64,000 nt of DNA from a virus. The notes under the pieces are model-generated. The model ran no database searches. It was not told the DNA's origin and worked only from the letters and a program-made list of their open reading frames with translations. The stretch's first letter is position 1; the number at the start of each line of letters is the position of its first letter. Location of the stretch: IMG/VR virus record IMGVR_UViG_3300037225_000932, positions 64,001-128,000 of that record. One strand, 5' to 3'. Of this stretch, positions 28,159 through 38,916 are shown in pieces. A program made the translations under genes and the position numbers.

Positions 28159-31131
28159 ATGGTATTTTCTAACACATTAAAAGTTCAAGTTGACACTCCA
28201 GTTTTTGAATGGATGAGATTTGCTCCGGTTGTTACTGCTGCCGGTATGGCTTTGGTAGGAAGTCAAATAAAAGGCAACCGTTATATATTTTATCAATCTT
28301 TAGGTTCTCTTTATCGTTATGATACTTATACAGATGGATGGACACAATTAGCAACATCATTACAAACTCCAGTTACATTTTTAGCAATAGATTACGCTGC
28401 TCATTGTGGATACTATGGAAGAGTTATTGCTGCTGGTATAACTTCTTCAAAAACTCAAATAGCAGCTTTAACTGGTCAAACTCTTCTTAACTATAAAATA
28501 AAAATAATTGCTGGAAAAGGAGCAGGTCAAGAAAGAACTATAACTTCAGTTTCTGCTCCTACAATTGTCGATAAGGGAAATGCAACTTCTGGTGCAGCGA
28601 CTTCGATAACAGATACCAATGCTGGTATAATGAAAAGAAACTGGGCTCAAAATCAATGGAGAGATTATCAAGTTAGAATAACACATGGAACAGGTCCTAC
28701 TCAAATAAGAAAGATTTTATCTAATACTAGCACGGTCTTGACAATATCAGATTATAACTGGTCTGCTATTGATCCTTGGTTTTATTGTTCGTTTTCTACA
28801 ACTCCAGCCGCTGGATCTCTTTATGAAATAGAAAGCTCTATTATCACAGTTGATTCTCCTTGGACTACTCAACCTGATTCTACTTCAAGATTTGTGGTTA
28901 AATCTGGTGGAATTTGGGCATTAAGCTCTTTAGCCGCCTCTCCATATTATAGTTGGCAATATTATGATATTGCCGCAGATATCTGGTATACAAAATCTGC
29001 TTATTTAACACTTTTTAACGTTTTAGCTGCCGCCTTACCAACTGATGCGGCAATATCTTGTATTCATGATCTTGATACCAATATAGATTCAGGAACATTA
29101 TCAGGTAATGGAGCTAATGGTTCTGATGCCAGCTATACTATGGTAGATAGTGGAAAAACATGGACAACCGGAGCTTATTCTAATTATAAAGTCAATATTA
29201 CAGAAACAGCTACAGGATTAGTTCAAGAAAGAAATATATTAGTAAATGATATAACTAGAATTTGGACTACAAGAAAATGGGATACGGTCCCACAAGCAAG
29301 CACATATACATATACTATAACTCCTGATACTGATAAAATATATTGCATTGGTGGTGGCGTGTCTTCTATGTATCAGTATAGTATAGGTGGTGATATGTTT
29401 ATACCTTCTAAAGCATTTGAATATGGTGTAGCTAACGGTTTTGCTGCACAACAAATGAACGGATCATTAAATGCTGGTCCACCAATAGGTTTAGCTTCTG
29501 CTACTAGAATTACTGGTGGAGTTTTAACGGTAGCTGTATCAAATGGTGGAACAGGATATAGAATAGACGACTTAATTACTATAGCCGGTGGTGTTGGTTC
29601 AGGTGCTACCGCTAGAGTGTTAACAATAACTCCATCAACAGGAGCCGTTCTTACACTTCAATTAGAAAATACAGGTACAGTTACTTATAGTGCTGGAACG
29701 GTAGCAACTACAGGTGGTTCCGGTGCTTCTAACTTAACAGTGACCATTACTGTAGGAGCAGTAGCGACCGCAGTTACTACTGTAGCAACTCATAACTTTA
29801 AACTAGGAGACGTAGTTACTGTAACAGGAGATACTTCTGCTGGTAACTATTATAATGTTAGTAGTGGAACTATTTTAGGAATAACTTCTACTGGATTTCA
29901 ATATGCCGTTAACTCTTCAGTTGCTTCTTCTGCTACTTTTAATGCTCAATCTACGACTGTTCTTTATGATTACGGAAAAAGTTGGACAGTAAACGAACAT
30001 GCTGGAAAATATCTTTTAGTTGCCGCTATACAGTCTGCTGGTCAAGGTGTAGTTACTCAATGTAGAAAAATAGTAAGTAATACAGCATCGTCTATAACAG
30101 TAGCCACTTATACTGCTGCCGTTACTGGAACTTCTAAATATGCTATCATTGACTCAAGGGCATTTGGAACAGAAGACTCTTTTAAGGGAGATTCTACTAG
30201 AAATGGATTAATAAGTGTATGCACAGGAATTGACGGTGGAGTTACGGCAAAAACTTCACTTGCTGATTCAACTAAGTCATGGATATCTAACTATTGGATA
30301 GGTGGAGCAGCAAGAAAAATACGAGTTTTGTGTGGTCCTAACTTTGGAAATGAAATTCCTATTGTTTCAAATAGTAATAATGATCTTTATTTCGGAGCAC
30401 AATCTCTTGAAATGACTACCGCAAATGTATATTGTATTATGGATAACTATGGAGTTGCTAGTGGATCAGGCTCAACAACTTCTATAGTAGATAACACACA
30501 GAACTGGATAACCGGTGAGCATATTGGTAGAAGGGTAAAAGTTACTGCTACGAACACTGATACAGCTAACCACGGAATAGAAGTAGCAATCACAGCATCA
30601 GCAACTACAACTTTAACAACAGGAACCATAACTTCATCTGTGGCTGGAACAAGTTATTCTATATTAAACTTACCAGTAAGAGCAGCAGGTAATATTTTAA
30701 TATGGGCACCGAACTTAACTACAGGCGATGGAGCCACTCCGGACACAACATCTACTGGAAGATATTTTATATCATTTAAGGGGGGTGCAACTAATGAAAT
30801 TGATAAATATAACATAGCAACTGAAATTTGGGAAGTTCAATCTACATCTCCTCAGTTAGTTACTTATACTACAGGAGTTATGTATGCTTATGATTATTTA
30901 GATAGAATATACATAGCCAGTGAAAACTCTACTGCACTTATGACAGGTAGAATTTTCTATTATGATATACCAAAGAACAGAATAGAACAAGCCGGGCAGG
31001 CTCCAAACGGTTTTGGAACAGGTGTTCTTAGTAATAGAATGGAATGTGTTCAAACTGTTGATGGACTTAAATATTTATATCTAATGAGAAATACCGACTC
31101 TACATTTTGGAGAGTTTTATGTTATTGGTAA
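28159..31131 (+). CDS. large beta-rich virion protein (propeller-like ends, repeated beta domains)
   Basis: 990 aa T/S/G-rich; Kelch-like YRYD..TD.W and DKYNI..E.W; repeated W..N.W/H...V.I modules. Confidence 0.7.
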   Translation: MVFSNTLKVQVDTPVFEWMRFAPVVTAAGMALVGSQIKGNRYIFYQSLGSLYRYDTYTDGWTQLATSLQTPVTFLAIDYAAHCGYYGRVIAAGITSSKTQIAALTGQTLLNYKIKIIAGKGAGQERTITSVSAPTIVDKGNATSGAATSITDTNAGIMKRNWAQNQWRDYQVRITHGTGPTQIRKILSNTSTVLTISDYNWSAIDPWFYCSFSTTPAAGSLYEIESSIITVDSPWTTQPDSTSRFVVKSGGIWALSSLAASPYYSWQYYDIAADIWYTKSAYLTLFNVLAAALPTDAAISCIHDLDTNIDSGTLSGNGANGSDASYTMVDSGKTWTTGAYSNYKVNITETATGLVQERNILVNDITRIWTTRKWDTVPQASTYTYTITPDTDKIYCIGGGVSSMYQYSIGGDMFIPSKAFEYGVANGFAAQQMNGSLNAGPPIGLASATRITGGVLTVAVSNGGTGYRIDDLITIAGGVGSGATARVLTITPSTGAVLTLQLENTGTVTYSAGTVATTGGSGASNLTVTITVGAVATAVTTVATHNFKLGDVVTVTGDTSAGNYYNVSSGTILGITSTGFQYAVNSSVASSATFNAQSTTVLYDYGKSWTVNEHAGKYLLVAAIQSAGQGVVTQCRKIVSNTASSITVATYTAAVTGTSKYAIIDSRAFGTEDSFKGDSTRNGLISVCTGIDGGVTAKTSLADSTKSWISNYWIGGAARKIRVLCGPNFGNEIPIVSNSNNDLYFGAQSLEMTTANVYCIMDNYGVASGSGSTTSIVDNTQNWITGEHIGRRVKVTATNTDTANHGIEVAITASATTTLTTGTITSSVAGTSYSILNLPVRAAGNILIWAPNLTTGDGATPDTTSTGRYFISFKGGATNEIDKYNIATEIWEVQSTSPQLVTYTTGVMYAYDYLDRIYIASENSTALMTGRIFYYDIPKNRIEQAGQAPNGFGTGVLSNRMECVQTVDGLKYLYLMRNTDSTFWRVLCYW

Positions 31132-31136
31132 AATAA

Positions 31137-31712
31137 ATGAACTGGTATAAATTTTCTCAACAAATAAGCCTTTTTACGGAAGAGATTGAAAGAAAATCTC
31201 CAAAATTACAAATTGGTATGTATAATAGTTTAGGAGAAATGGCTGTATATATAGATGGAAAAAGATATTTATATGAAAAAGTTTCTCCTTTTTTTAAGAA
31301 AAAATTACAAGTTTTTATTGATAAAAAAAACTGGACACAAGCTTTTAAATTATTAAAAAGTTTATCAGAAGTAAAAAAAGAAGCACAAAATAAAACTTTT
31401 TATCCACCCCAATTAAATATGAGTAAAAATGTTATTATAGAAATTGATGTAAAAAAGGCAGATATAGATTTACAAAAAGATACTAATTTTTATGTTGGAC
31501 CACATGCTAAAGGCGGTTTTCCTGAAAAATATAATAAAATAAAAGAATTAGATAAAATAGAAATGCCTTATATGTCAATTGACGAAAATGGACAAGTAGG
31601 ATTTCTAGATGGAAGACATCGTTTTGCTTATCTAAGAGATACTGGACTACAAAGAATACGAATAGTTGTCCCAAAAGATAAAGTAGAAATATTTAGAGCG
31701 AGATATACTTAA
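31137..31712 (+). CDS. MNWYK-leader protein with C-terminal ParB/Srx-like motif
   Basis: MNWYKFSQ; internal VKKEAQ; FLDGRHRFAYLRD. Confidence 0.65.
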   Translation: MNWYKFSQQISLFTEEIERKSPKLQIGMYNSLGEMAVYIDGKRYLYEKVSPFFKKKLQVFIDKKNWTQAFKLLKSLSEVKKEAQNKTFYPPQLNMSKNVIIEIDVKKADIDLQKDTNFYVGPHAKGGFPEKYNKIKELDKIEMPYMSIDENGQVGFLDGRHRFAYLRDTGLQRIRIVVPKDKVEIFRARYT

Positions 31713-31753
31713 ATATTAAAGGAATTGTGAGATTTTTTTCACAATAAATAGTC

Positions 31754-31972
31754 ATGAACTTCAAAAACGATTCAATAAAAGAAATTGGAGATTTAGCAAA
31801 AAAAGAAGAGTTTGCTTATTTTTTTGCTAATATGGAAAGTAAAAAAGATCAAGTTCCTGATGCTTTAATAGAAAAAATAGCACTTATATTTATGAATGAA
31901 TTTAACATAAAAATACCAGAACAAGATAAAGTAGAGTTTTTTATTAAATTAGGATTTTTCGCGGGAAAATAA
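31754..31972 (+). CDS. hypothetical protein
   Basis: 72-aa ORF filling the gap, AAAGG box upstream. Confidence 0.6.
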   Translation: MNFKNDSIKEIGDLAKKEEFAYFFANMESKKDQVPDALIEKIALIFMNEFNIKIPEQDKVEFFIKLGFFAGK

Positions 31973-31974
31973 AA

Positions 31975-32383
31975 ATGAACTGGTATAAAATCGCACAAAA
32001 TGAAACAGAAGATTATCCAGAGGAAAATTTTTCGCAAAAAATAAGATTATGGTTAGATGATGAACGTGATCCTAAGAATCCAGAAATACAAAGGTTATAT
32101 GGAGCCGCAGGAAATGAAATATGGGTAAAAACTGCACCAGAAGCAATAAACTATTTAAACACTAAAAATGTAAAATATATTTCATTAGATCATGATTTGG
32201 GTAATTTGCCAGGAGTAGGATCTGGATATGATGTGGCGAAATATATTGAAAAAAAATGCTTTCTTAAACGAAATATCACGATTAGAATGGAGAGTTCATA
32301 GTCAAAATCCTAGTGGAGCAAGAAATATGATTTTGGCTTTACAGAATGCTAATAGATATTGGGACAAAAATGAACTGGTATAA
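31975..32383 (+). pseudogene. cyclic-phosphate-processing receiver-domain protein, frameshifted at an A8 run
   Basis: LWLDDERDP, ISLDHDLG, GYDVAKYI in frame; WRVHSQNPSGARNM continues in the +1 frame after 32249-32256. Confidence 0.7.
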
Positions 32384-34790
32384 ATTATATAGTGTAGAAT
32401 ATTTTCTTAAATTAGCAGCAAAAATTGCTGACATAAACGAATTAAAAGCGTGGAACGACTCTTTCTCTCTATCTCCTAATGACAACAAGTTGATGCCACT
32501 TAGAAATATTCTTGGTAATATAATAAAACACTTAAATGAAGCTTCTTATATTTTTAAGGTTGGAGTAAGAAGTCCTGATCCGACAATTTCTCAAAAAGCA
32601 GCAGAAATCTTTCCTGATATAGCTAATATAGAAACTCTTCATAATACCATAAAAACTACACAGTCTTTATTAAATAGGTTAGAAAATAAAAACACTCCTA
32701 TATTCCAAGTTATTTACAATATGCTCTATGCTATTTCTAATATGAATTTTAGTATAGAACAAAAAGAACAATTTAGACAAATTGCTTCTGGAAGTTCACA
32801 ATCGGCCCCCGAGTTTGCTGATGAAGTAAATGCTGACAGAATGAATAGATTTTTACAATCTTCTATTTATTCCACAAGAGATGCTTCGGCAAGATCTCTA
32901 AGGGTTATTAGAGAAGTTTTACAAAATTCAGCAGATGCCGTTATGAAACAAAGGGGATTAGATCCAACTAATCAGGTTAGAATTGACATATATACAGTTC
33001 CCAATCAAGATAATACTACTATGGATTTAGTAGTATCAGATAGTGGAACTGGTATGGACTGGAATACTCTTTCCAGAAAATTCTTTGTTTATTTTGAAAG
33101 TGGAAAACAAGAAGATGTAGAAGCCGCTGGTGGCTTTGGTATAGCTAAGGCTTTAATTCAAGAGGTTCCACAAGAAGGTTGGTCTATAGACACTAGTGGA
33201 ATACATTCAAGTAAATTTCATAAAAATATGTACATGGGAACACCTAAATCCGTTCAATACTCTGCTCCCCCTTCGATTGTTCAAAGCGGAAAAGGAACAA
33301 CCTTGACTCTCTATGCTATACCTTTTGTTTATAACTCTTCTATATTAGATTTAGCAAACAAATATGCTACAAATGGTATATTAAAAATATCAGTAAATAA
33401 AGAACCGGCTCAACCTACATTTTTATTAACTCAGCTAAAGCCTATAGGTGGAGGATTTAGTGGATTGTCTGATGAAATAAGCGAAACTCAATCAGAAAAA
33501 GATGTAGCAAATGGAGTTTTATTACTTAGTGAAGAAGGTTTACTACCAGAAAAAGGGAGATTAGATTTTAACGAAGAGGGGACAAAAACATCAGTTCAGT
33601 TCTTTTGTAAAAAAACTAGTTATTCTGGAAGATTTTATGTATTCTTAAATAATCAATATCAATTTGATAGAAACTATATTCCAAAAGCAAATATAATATG
33701 TAATATAATGACTAATACTCGTCCGGGAACTGAATTGTATCCAGTTGATCCTGGTAGAGAAAATCTTAGAGAACCATATAAAACTCAAATAGAAGAAATA
33801 GAAAACAAATTAGAAGAAACTTTAAAAAAAATATCTGAACATATGTTATTCAAAGACGGTTTAAATATTGTTATGTTAAATCAAAATGCCGTTCCAATGT
33901 CAACTGGAGAATCAGAACAGCACGAAGGAGAAGAAGGAACTGGTCTTCGTAAAGCAATAGAGGAAGCTCAACAAAGTGTTTTTGTTGAAGGTCTATTTGG
34001 ATCTCCTCAAGAACAAATATCTAAGATACTAAATAAATCATTAGAAAATATAGAATTAGAACCTGAGCAAACTCAAGTATTACAATCCATAATAGATACT
34101 ATACAATATGAAGATGACGAAAGAATAGATGTTAAAGATAAGATTGGAGAAATTATTGATGGATTAATAACTCCAGCCGCAATAACAGTTCAAAAAAACT
34201 TCGTATCTGCTGATATAGTTAGAGCAAGAGCTAATCTTACTTCTAATATGATGATATTATGGCAAAGAGTATTAAAGATAATAACAGCAAAGATATCTCA
34301 TAGTAGTTTTAAGAGATATGGAAGTAAAAAGTTTATTCCTGGCATTATTTTTTCAGATGAAGCTTTAGCTTTATATATGCCACCCAAAGAAGGACTTAAA
34401 CACCATGCTGTTATGGTAAATCCCATTGTGATGGCCTCTTTAATTGATCCTGATCTATTTAATAAAATCTTAGGAGACCAAGCTGGTTCGGGACAAAAAG
34501 CAATAAAAGAAAGTGGATCGTCAAACTATGCTAGTGAAACTCCAACAAATAAATTGACGGTTTTCTTGTTTCATATAGCCATTCACGAACTGGTTCATTT
34601 AATGTTTCCAGATAGTTATGGATATGATGAGTTTCATTCATATATATCAAAAATGGAAGCTATTTGTCATTTTGACTTTACGAAAGTAAGAGATGTGGTT
34701 AAAGATTTCATGCCAAGAGTAAAAAGAGATGCGCAAAAACTCATAAGAGCAATAGGTAAAGATAAGAGAAAACGATTAAAAAATCAGTAA
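32370..34790 (+). CDS. GHKL ATPase fused to HExxH zincin-like domain, MNWYK leader
   Basis: REVLQNSADA, DSGTGM, GGFGIA, GTTL; C-terminal HELVH; start reassigned to MNWYK. Confidence 0.8.
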   Translation: MNWYKLYSVEYFLKLAAKIADINELKAWNDSFSLSPNDNKLMPLRNILGNIIKHLNEASYIFKVGVRSPDPTISQKAAEIFPDIANIETLHNTIKTTQSLLNRLENKNTPIFQVIYNMLYAISNMNFSIEQKEQFRQIASGSSQSAPEFADEVNADRMNRFLQSSIYSTRDASARSLRVIREVLQNSADAVMKQRGLDPTNQVRIDIYTVPNQDNTTMDLVVSDSGTGMDWNTLSRKFFVYFESGKQEDVEAAGGFGIAKALIQEVPQEGWSIDTSGIHSSKFHKNMYMGTPKSVQYSAPPSIVQSGKGTTLTLYAIPFVYNSSILDLANKYATNGILKISVNKEPAQPTFLLTQLKPIGGGFSGLSDEISETQSEKDVANGVLLLSEEGLLPEKGRLDFNEEGTKTSVQFFCKKTSYSGRFYVFLNNQYQFDRNYIPKANIICNIMTNTRPGTELYPVDPGRENLREPYKTQIEEIENKLEETLKKISEHMLFKDGLNIVMLNQNAVPMSTGESEQHEGEEGTGLRKAIEEAQQSVFVEGLFGSPQEQISKILNKSLENIELEPEQTQVLQSIIDTIQYEDDERIDVKDKIGEIIDGLITPAAITVQKNFVSADIVRARANLTSNMMILWQRVLKIITAKISHSSFKRYGSKKFIPGIIFSDEALALYMPPKEGLKHHAVMVNPIVMASLIDPDLFNKILGDQAGSGQKAIKESGSSNYASETPTNKLTVFLFHIAIHELVHLMFPDSYGYDEFHSYISKMEAICHFDFTKVRDVVKDFMPRVKRDAQKLIRAIGKDKRKRLKNQ

Positions 34791-34832
34791 TAAAATTATC
34801 ATATCTAGTTTTTTTAAGTATTTAATTTTCAT

Positions 34833-34868
34833 AAAAAAAAAGAGTCATAATCAAGATGATTATGACTC
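34833..34868 (-). terminator. intrinsic terminator
   Basis: GAGTCATAATC/GATTATGACTC hairpin with T9 on the - strand. Confidence 0.8.
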
Positions 34869-34895
34869 AATAAGTTATTTTTTAATATAATAGTA

Positions 34896-35393
34896 TTAAG
34901 TTCCTTTTGTTAGTGTTACTGAGTTACGATTTCCAAAGGTATCTACATTTGCTACTATTCTTGGAGTATTAACTCCTGCTCCATTTATAGTAACAGTATT
35001 TCCATTAGCTCCAGCTAAAGTCCCTAGCACTGCTGCTGAAATTAAACGTAATGCCTGTGCGGGTGTCAGTCCTGATTCAATTAGATCTGTTATATTCCAT
35101 ATATCATCTGTATAAATTATTATTGGATCAATAGAAACTCCAAGAGTTGTAGATGTAGAAGATACGGCTATGGCATTAGCATTAGTCTCTGCCGCTAAAA
35201 GATTATATACATATAATCCTTTTTGGTTTGTTGCATCTATTTCAGTAGGATGAGTTTGATTAGTTGGGCTTGAAGACCCCGCATCCAGGGTTATTTGTGA
35301 AGTTATATTAGCAGCATCTCCTGTTTTTGGAGAACCAGAAGCATCGGTTGCATATATTATTAGTTTTTGTGCTTTATTTTTGTAAAAAGACAT
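34896..35393 (-). CDS. putative virion structural protein
   Basis: 165 aa A/T/G-rich; QALRLISAAVLG..G...RIVANVD..GNR motif. Confidence 0.65.
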   Translation of the reverse strand: MSFYKNKAQKLIIYATDASGSPKTGDAANITSQITLDAGSSSPTNQTHPTEIDATNQKGLYVYNLLAAETNANAIAVSSTSTTLGVSIDPIIIYTDDIWNITDLIESGLTPAQALRLISAAVLGTLAGANGNTVTINGAGVNTPRIVANVDTFGNRNSVTLTKGT

Positions 35394-35394
35394 A

Positions 35395-37200
35395 TTATAC
35401 TCCTGAAGTTATAAGTTTTGTTTTAGGACGTAAATTATTTCCGCCTATAATGGCTCTTGCGATCAGCTTGGCGTTAAGCATCGAGCCGTATGGCGTCCAG
35501 TGCGTCCCGTCGATGGTGTGCACACCCCAAGAACGCCAGTAACGTGTAACACCCCCAGGAACGCCTACGTCTGATGGGGGTGCGTGACCGGTGGACGCCA
35601 CTTGGCATTGCCAGAGGTATGACATACCGAAGGGATTGAGTGGCGACTGGCAAATATCACCCACCGAATATGCAGTCCCGGCATTATACATCATGCTCGC
35701 CCAGTACGTCCCATTTGCGGGAGTTTTCCCCGCATCCGATGCGTGCTGGGAGATGCACTTGTAATAGATGCCATCCGTCCACAGAACAATATCAGGCACC
35801 TTGTACGGGATATATAGCGGGGATGTAGTGTAAGCCGGATCCCATGCACCACGCCGAATCCAGTTAGCCGTGTTATCTTCGCATGACGCGTTCCAACCCA
35901 GACGGTTTTGCATTGATCTTAGATTGATGAAGACGCCGCCTGTTGCAGCAGCAATTGTCTGGAGCACACCCGCATACTGCTTAGCATACCCATCATTAGT
36001 GGCATAGCCTGTCTCTTGCTGATTCGCTCGATACGAGACACCCACAAAAATTGGAAACGCATTGGGGCAGGCCCGGAGGATTTCTCCCGCCAACCCATAA
36101 ATATCTCTACCACCAACGCCGGTGTGCATACCGCTGGGATTCCACGTGTCAGTCATATACTTATCTGGTGTTCGGCCATCGTAAGCATCGTTTAACCCCA
36201 TCATAAAAATGATGATACGAGGGTTAAGCGTCTTAATAAACGGCTGACACTGGCCATTGAAGTACGCAGATGAATCGCCAGGAGAGCCAAACCAAGACCA
36301 TGTTCCATATCCACCAGCCGATATACAATAGGCACTCATACCCACCGGATTGGCGTTCAGGTAACGTCGTAAGGCAATTACGCTGTACTTGCCCATGTGT
36401 GTATTGCCGAGCGTGTCGAGGGTATAGGCGTGGTTACTAACCGCAGACTTAGGAAACGGGCCAAGGATGAGGTTCCGCTGCCAGTTGGGCGAACCTGGAA
36501 TATCCGTGCCAGAACAGTCAATGGGAAAGTCGGCCGACGCCAGGGTCACTCCAGTCACGTCGGTTGTATCATCACTATAGCTGACCGCCTCTCTCCAGAG
36601 TCGCAAACTCGTATCCCCTAGGGGTTGCTTAAGAATCATGACCTCCATATACCGACCATCGTCGGGGAAGATTCCTGAAGGCACACCCATCGGCCCACCA
36701 CCATAATTCTCCATATGCTGTTGGAGAATCGAATTCGGAAGCGAAAAACTTTCCCCACCTAAATTGTCACCTCCCTGACCGGGTGCATCTAGAGAGTATC
36801 TCAGAGTTGAGGCAATCTGACCGGTTACCCACGGTGGAATCTGGTTGGTGGTACCATTGCTCTGAACAATGTTGCCAGTCCCAGTCAAGCCCGCACTTAT
36901 GGGTGCATTTCGCCGCACCATGCAACTCTGATTTTCGGATCCGACGGTACAGAACCACGGCGTTGCTGGTAAGTTACCGAAGAACTCAGCCAATAACAAA
37001 TTTAAATAATGAATAAAAAATCTTCCACCACCACCAGTAGGAGTAGTTGTAGAATCTCCCACTATCATAATATCCATTTGGCCTTGACTTAAACTAGTTT
37101 TCGCCGCTGCTTCTCTGACTAGACCAGATAATTTTCTTCTAGGGACAGATCCTTCTTCCGGCCAAATATCAGGCAAAGTATCATATGTAGCATATGTCAA
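35395..37200 (-). CDS. SGNH/GDSL hydrolase with CBM5/12-like modules
   Basis: VGDS, AGG, GLND, DGTH blocks; W....Y...DIV...G..YKC and Y.VGD....WQC carbohydrate-binding repeats. Confidence 0.8.
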   Translation of the reverse strand: MTYATYDTLPDIWPEEGSVPRRKLSGLVREAAAKTSLSQGQMDIMIVGDSTTTPTGGGGRFFIHYLNLLLAEFFGNLPATPWFCTVGSENQSCMVRRNAPISAGLTGTGNIVQSNGTTNQIPPWVTGQIASTLRYSLDAPGQGGDNLGGESFSLPNSILQQHMENYGGGPMGVPSGIFPDDGRYMEVMILKQPLGDTSLRLWREAVSYSDDTTDVTGVTLASADFPIDCSGTDIPGSPNWQRNLILGPFPKSAVSNHAYTLDTLGNTHMGKYSVIALRRYLNANPVGMSAYCISAGGYGTWSWFGSPGDSSAYFNGQCQPFIKTLNPRIIIFMMGLNDAYDGRTPDKYMTDTWNPSGMHTGVGGRDIYGLAGEILRACPNAFPIFVGVSYRANQQETGYATNDGYAKQYAGVLQTIAAATGGVFINLRSMQNRLGWNASCEDNTANWIRRGAWDPAYTTSPLYIPYKVPDIVLWTDGIYYKCISQHASDAGKTPANGTYWASMMYNAGTAYSVGDICQSPLNPFGMSYLWQCQVASTGHAPPSDVGVPGGVTRYWRSWGVHTIDGTHWTPYGSMLNAKLIARAIIGGNNLRPKTKLITSGV

Positions 37201-37301
37201 GATATCACCTCCATATTAAAATATCTATAATAAGATTTCAAAATAATTAGATACTTCCCTTTTCAAATAAATAAATATTTTTATTTTTTATATAAAAAAT
37301 A

Positions 37302-37796
37302 TTAAACTACAAGATACCAATTTTTTCCATTTCTAACAACAGAAATAGGTATTCCATAACACGATATTTCTACAAAGTTACTAAATTGTGTTATTGTATT
37401 TTGGTGAGCTAATATTTCTCCATTAGAATTTATAGCTAAAGGAAGACCAGCAAAAATAGAAGAATAAGTTTTATTTGGAATAGCATTTCCGTTTCCTGTA
37501 GCGAAATTTATTTTATTTCTAGAGCTTTTTGTTAAGACGGAAAACCAATATCCATTAAAACTTAAAGCCTTTCCTTGATCTGTATATCCGCTTTCAGATA
37601 CAACTTCTAAACAGTAATAATAAGTTCCTGTTCTAGATACAGTTAAGGGTATTCCTCCTAAAAATAGTTTATCAGAACTTTGCGAAACCGAATTAACATA
37701 ATACAGGAATGGAGAATAAGTATCTTTATGTGAGCTGGTTTTTAAATTTGCTCTAATAAAATTATTGCCAAAAGGTATATTTCTATTAATTGTCAT
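37302..37796 (-). CDS. hypothetical beta-rich protein
   Basis: start reassigned to MTINRN; recurring GIP/GLP hydrophobic repeats. Confidence 0.6.
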   Translation of the reverse strand: MTINRNIPFGNNFIRANLKTSSHKDTYSPFLYYVNSVSQSSDKLFLGGIPLTVSRTGTYYYCLEVVSESGYTDQGKALSFNGYWFSVLTKSSRNKINFATGNGNAIPNKTYSSIFAGLPLAINSNGEILAHQNTITQFSNFVEISCYGIPISVVRNGKNWYLVV

Positions 37797-37958
37797 AAAA
37801 TTCTTTCTAATAAAATATAATATTTTCCTCTTTATTTTTGCGCAAAAAATACAAAAGGTTTTTGACTTTTGCTCACTAATAGTATATAATATGTTGTCAA
37901 CCGTCTTTAATTTAACCAATAGGCTCTCAGACGGTGAGCCGTAAAAGGAGATCATGTC

Positions 37959-38825
37959 ATGGTATATTTAGAGAAATTTGTAACTGTAGTAGTTTCTAAA
38001 AATGGTAAATTCCTTAGAGAAATTAAGGATAACGGTTCAGATACCGTTCAATTGCCATTTGGCTCAGAATTCGCTTTAAAGTTTAAGAACCTCAATTCAA
38101 CTCGGGCTGCTATTTCTGTTGAAATTGATGGTCAAGATGTTCTTAATGGAACAAAATTAGTAATTTCACCTGGTGAAACTGGTGATCTTTTAGGTTTTAT
38201 GAAAGGTAATAATGTTACTAATGCTTTTAAATTTATTAAGAAAACACAAGAAATATCTGAACATAGAGGAGATCGAATTGATGATGGTATTATTCGTATA
38301 GAATATCAATTTGAAAAACCTCCAGTTGTAACTTATCCTCAACCAAGACCATATCCCGTTCCATACCCCGTTCCATACCCAGTTCCCTATCCTCGTATTC
38401 CCCCTATTTCTCCTTGGAGAAGAAGAGAGTGGGATGATGATTTTTATGATCAGCCTAAATATAAAAAAATTGAATTTTTCTGTCAATCCAATCAAGAAGG
38501 TATATCTTGTAGCACAAATAATATAAAATATACTTCTAATATAACAAGGTCTACTACTCCTCCAACCTCTTCGCTTCCTTCTTCACTTGAAGATGGAATA
38601 ACAGTTAAAGGATCTCAAACTAATCAAAACTTTTATTCTACTTATCTCGGAGAAATGGAAGAGGCAACACATGTAATTGTAATCAACCTAAAAGGATATA
38701 ACTCAAAACATGTTGAAGTTAAAAAGCCATTAATTACACATATGAAAATTAGATGCGATACTTGCGGAAGAGAATTTAAATCAGTAAATAAATTTTGTCC
38801 TAATTGTGGCACTTGTTTAGTTTGA
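37959..38825 (+). CDS. conserved phage protein with Pro-Tyr repeat and C-terminal Zn ribbon
   Basis: AAGGAG RBS; (PYPV)n; CDTC...CPNC. Confidence 0.8.
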   Translation: MVYLEKFVTVVVSKNGKFLREIKDNGSDTVQLPFGSEFALKFKNLNSTRAAISVEIDGQDVLNGTKLVISPGETGDLLGFMKGNNVTNAFKFIKKTQEISEHRGDRIDDGIIRIEYQFEKPPVVTYPQPRPYPVPYPVPYPVPYPRIPPISPWRRREWDDDFYDQPKYKKIEFFCQSNQEGISCSTNNIKYTSNITRSTTPPTSSLPSSLEDGITVKGSQTNQNFYSTYLGEMEEATHVIVINLKGYNSKHVEVKKPLITHMKIRCDTCGREFKSVNKFCPNCGTCLV

Positions 38826-38845
38826 TTAAATTTTTTCGCAAAAAT

Positions 38846-38877
38846 AAAAAAACCACTCTTTTTGGGGTGGTTTTTTT
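38846..38877 (+). terminator. bidirectional intrinsic terminator
   Basis: A7-CCACTC-loop-GGGTGG-T7. Confidence 0.8.
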
Positions 38878-38916
38878 ATTTTATTTTCTCGATATAATAT
38901 AAAAAGGAGAAAACAT

